A stretch of 64,000 nucleotides of DNA from NCBI GenBank assembly GCA_964016885.1, contig OZ024745.1:70742001-70806000 (forward strand), written 5' to 3'. This document shows, piece after piece, positions 61,277-64,000 of this stretch. The stretch's first letter is position 1. Each line of letters begins with the position of its first letter. The position numbers and the translations under genes are program-made. The DNA is from Eledone cirrhosa (lineage: Eukaryota). Under the pieces are notes generated by a model. The model searched no databases and had not been told where the DNA came from. It saw only the letters and a list, made by a program, of their open reading frames with translations.

Positions 61277-61746
61277 TATATAATATATATATATATTTGA
61301 AGATGTAGGAATCCCAAGGCTACTTATTCGAAGGTCTCATAAGTTAGATTGTCTTTGTACCTTGTACGTCCAACATTTCTAAAGCCACTATCAAGCTAGC
61401 CATACTGACATTCTGATTACATGACTAGACCAGCGTTGTTGTGATTGAATGGGTCTAGTTTCAATGTCTCCAATTATGTGTGTGTGTGTAACGTTGTAAA
61501 GTTGTACGTGTGTGCCATAAAATGTGAGGTTCATTTTAGAAAATTCAAACATGTATATATTTTGGACATGTATACTATTGCATACAATACTATTTTATAC
61601 TTCAAAAATTGTCTTCATTTAATAATAGCGGCTTCACATTTAACCTTCGAAATCTTTTTTTTTTTTTTTTTTTGTCTATTGTTTTGTTAAAATAATAATA
61701 ATATTAATAACAAAAATAGTAATAATAACTAAATAATAATCCCATG

Positions 61747-61813
61747 TACTAATGATGTCTTTTTTTCTTTTTTAGGTAAGTATCCCTTCTCTTCCAAATG
61801 GATAAGGGTAAGG
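61747..61813 (+). promoter_or_regulatory. Candidate recursive splice site with 32-nt RS-exon
   Basis: TACTAAT (61747-53), polypyrimidine tract, TAG|GTAAGT (61773-81), second donor AGG|GTAAGG at 61808. Confidence 0.5.
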
Positions 61814-62026
61814 CAGATATTTTTTCTATATATTTCTGTGTATATTAAAAGATTAACATTCCAATGAATGTATTAAGAATCGCTTGATATGGAGGCAAGT
61901 TAACAGATATTCGGTGTTGTTTCTTCTTGTTGTTTGTTTCAAACAATGTATTGTCTTATCTTGACTTTTTGTTTTGTTTCTGTGATTGTTTATTGATATA
62001 TATATATTTATATTTGAAACAAGAAA

Positions 62027-62318
62027 GCCGGATTTCAATATATTCCTTTAATGTTGCACAAATAATACCTATTTCTATGGCCGGCTTACATCATCAGATC
62101 GTGGCGCAAGGCAATCAGTGCCGTCATCATTTAATAAATATTTAAACAAAGAATTGACACGGTGCGCTCACTACGATCAACGGCCTCAATTTATATTTTG
62201 CCGTAGCGCAATGATGACGCCACCGGTTGTCTTGCGTCATGTTTAGATTACGTATTTTGGCCTTAGAAACGCGTATTATGTATTTGTGGAACGTTAAAGG
62301 AATATATTGAAATCCGGC
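62027..62318. mobile_element. Fold-back element (arms 62027-62097 / 62243-62318) with decayed hammerhead motifs
   Basis: gccggatttcaatatattcctttaa / ttaaaggaatatattgaaatccggc; minus CTGATGA...GAAA-TAGG-TA, plus GAAA-CGCG-TA. Confidence 0.65.
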
Positions 62319-63364
62319 CATCTATTTTGAAGTATCGAACTCCGTCTCTGCACCAAACATGAGATACCACATCTACGATGATTGATGCGCAGAACATCGA
62401 GTGGTTTTGCTTATTTTATCACGGTCTGTTAATCGAAATGACTAGATCTACCAATTAGTTAAACCTTCCAGCATAAGCAGAATATATATATATATATATA
62501 TATAATATCAAGCGTTAACACATCACATAAAAAAAGATATAATTTAGACCAAATCACGACTGTTCTATTTTTGTGTTTGATGCCATCGTCTTATGCAGTA
62601 ATTATTCATATACCTCAGACAATATCGGCCCAGCTGTACTTTAAAACATCAGAATATTGTTGAAGGTTGTTAATAGTTAATAGCATTATGACTTTTATAA
62701 CATATAGCAGCCATGACATTCGGCAGCTAAAGAAGAGAGATTATAAAAAGAGAATCGTACAGCTTCGTACCAGTGACTAATATTGCTGGGAATAAATTTG
62801 AAGTTGAAAGTTTACTGGGAAGACCCACAAGCTAAAACCTTAATTTTACTAAAATATTGGATCGCGTTGTTGCTGTTGGTGCCCTTGTCGTTTAACTTGT
62901 TATTGTGTTGCTAGAATTTTTGTATAGGGTGATTTGTTATTAAAACTATTCAAACTATGACCATCCCATTTTTTGAAGCTGATCAGATGGATTACGTTAA
63001 GTGCGACCATGTCTCTAATTCACCCAATCAACGCTAATTTGCCGAATAGGTATTTTAGTTAATCGCACAACTACATACTCATCGTCGGAACCGACAGAAC
63101 TCCACTTATATACATTTCTATAAATATTAAGGTGGGATAAAGGGAGATATATCCCCTATATTTTTTTTAAGAAAATCATTGATGGTTTTACTGACCATGA
63201 GCATTCTAAATGAACGTCAAAGTATTCTAGACGTACACGAGCGCCTTTAACTCTTTATTCAGCGTGACACAGTATATGGCAAATATGTAGGGTAGCATTC
63301 TATCCACAGAGAAGGACTTCCAGATGTTCTGCAGAGATAAGGCTGTATTTAGTATCATTCAAAG

Positions 63365-63531
63365 AGCCATCGTTGTCACAGAGTGTACCACGGTAAATCT
63401 CGCTGAGAACTACATTACGTGTTCAGTCTTGCCAAAGAGTGTACCACGGTGAATCTCGCTGAAAATGACATTATGTTTTTAGCCTTGTCACACAGTTCAA
63501 CACGGTGAATCTCACTGAGAACTACATTATG
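63365..63531 (+). repeat. Triplicated segment (about 58 bp) of the SINE long body
   Basis: ttgtcacagagtgtaccacggt(a/g)aatctcgctgagaactacatta x3. Confidence 0.8.
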
Positions 63532-63584
63532 TGTAGGCCCAATAGACACACACTCACACACACACACACTCACACACACACACA

Positions 63585-63726
<142 letters not shown>

Positions 63727-64000
63727 ACACATTATTTGGACGGTGAGCAATTTACTTTCTGGAAATCTCAACAAATATTTGATTAGGTGTTTTTATTGTT
63801 AATTACGGGTTTATATTTATAATTATCATGTTTTTGTTTTTAATTAAGTGTTTTACTTTTCATTACATGTAATAATATATAATTAATTGTTTTATTAGTT
63901 GCTAAAACTTTGAAATTAGGTTTTCTTGTGTGTTGGGTTGACTAATGATAGAAGTTAGCAAGTGTCATCAGCGGTCAATATAAATTCATTGTTCTTTTAA

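Overview
AT-rich, microsatellite-saturated eukaryotic non-coding DNA. The SINE repertoire and repeat style suggest a coleoid cephalopod (Octopus-like); this is an inference, not verified. I see no intact host protein-coding gene, and almost all ORFs in the supplied track are translations of (TA)n, (CA)n, (CT)n or (CAT)n repeats. Supportable content: many tRNA-derived SINE copies from at least two families, decayed non-LTR retrotransposon fragments (two RTE-clade C-termini, one CRE-like C-terminus, and a duplicated RTE-like 3' end with a C2H2 finger), small TIR elements and minisatellites. The main hidden signal is more than 15 complete or decayed type-I hammerhead ribozyme motifs (stem I-CUGANGA-stem II-GAAA-palindromic stem III-NUH) from several unrelated sequence families. 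Most lie in or next to 25-260 bp fold-back inverted repeats beside (TA)n tracts, the architecture expected of Penelope-like element pseudo-LTR remnants or retrozyme-like elements. Compensatory changes (U3-A8 core pair, covarying stem II pairs) support the structural reading. Separately, a textbook recursive-splice-site motif (branch point, polypyrimidine tract, AG|GTAAGT, and a second donor 32 nt downstream) at about 61.77 kb suggests the window lies in a giant + strand intron. All structures were read by eye; nothing was computed or searched.
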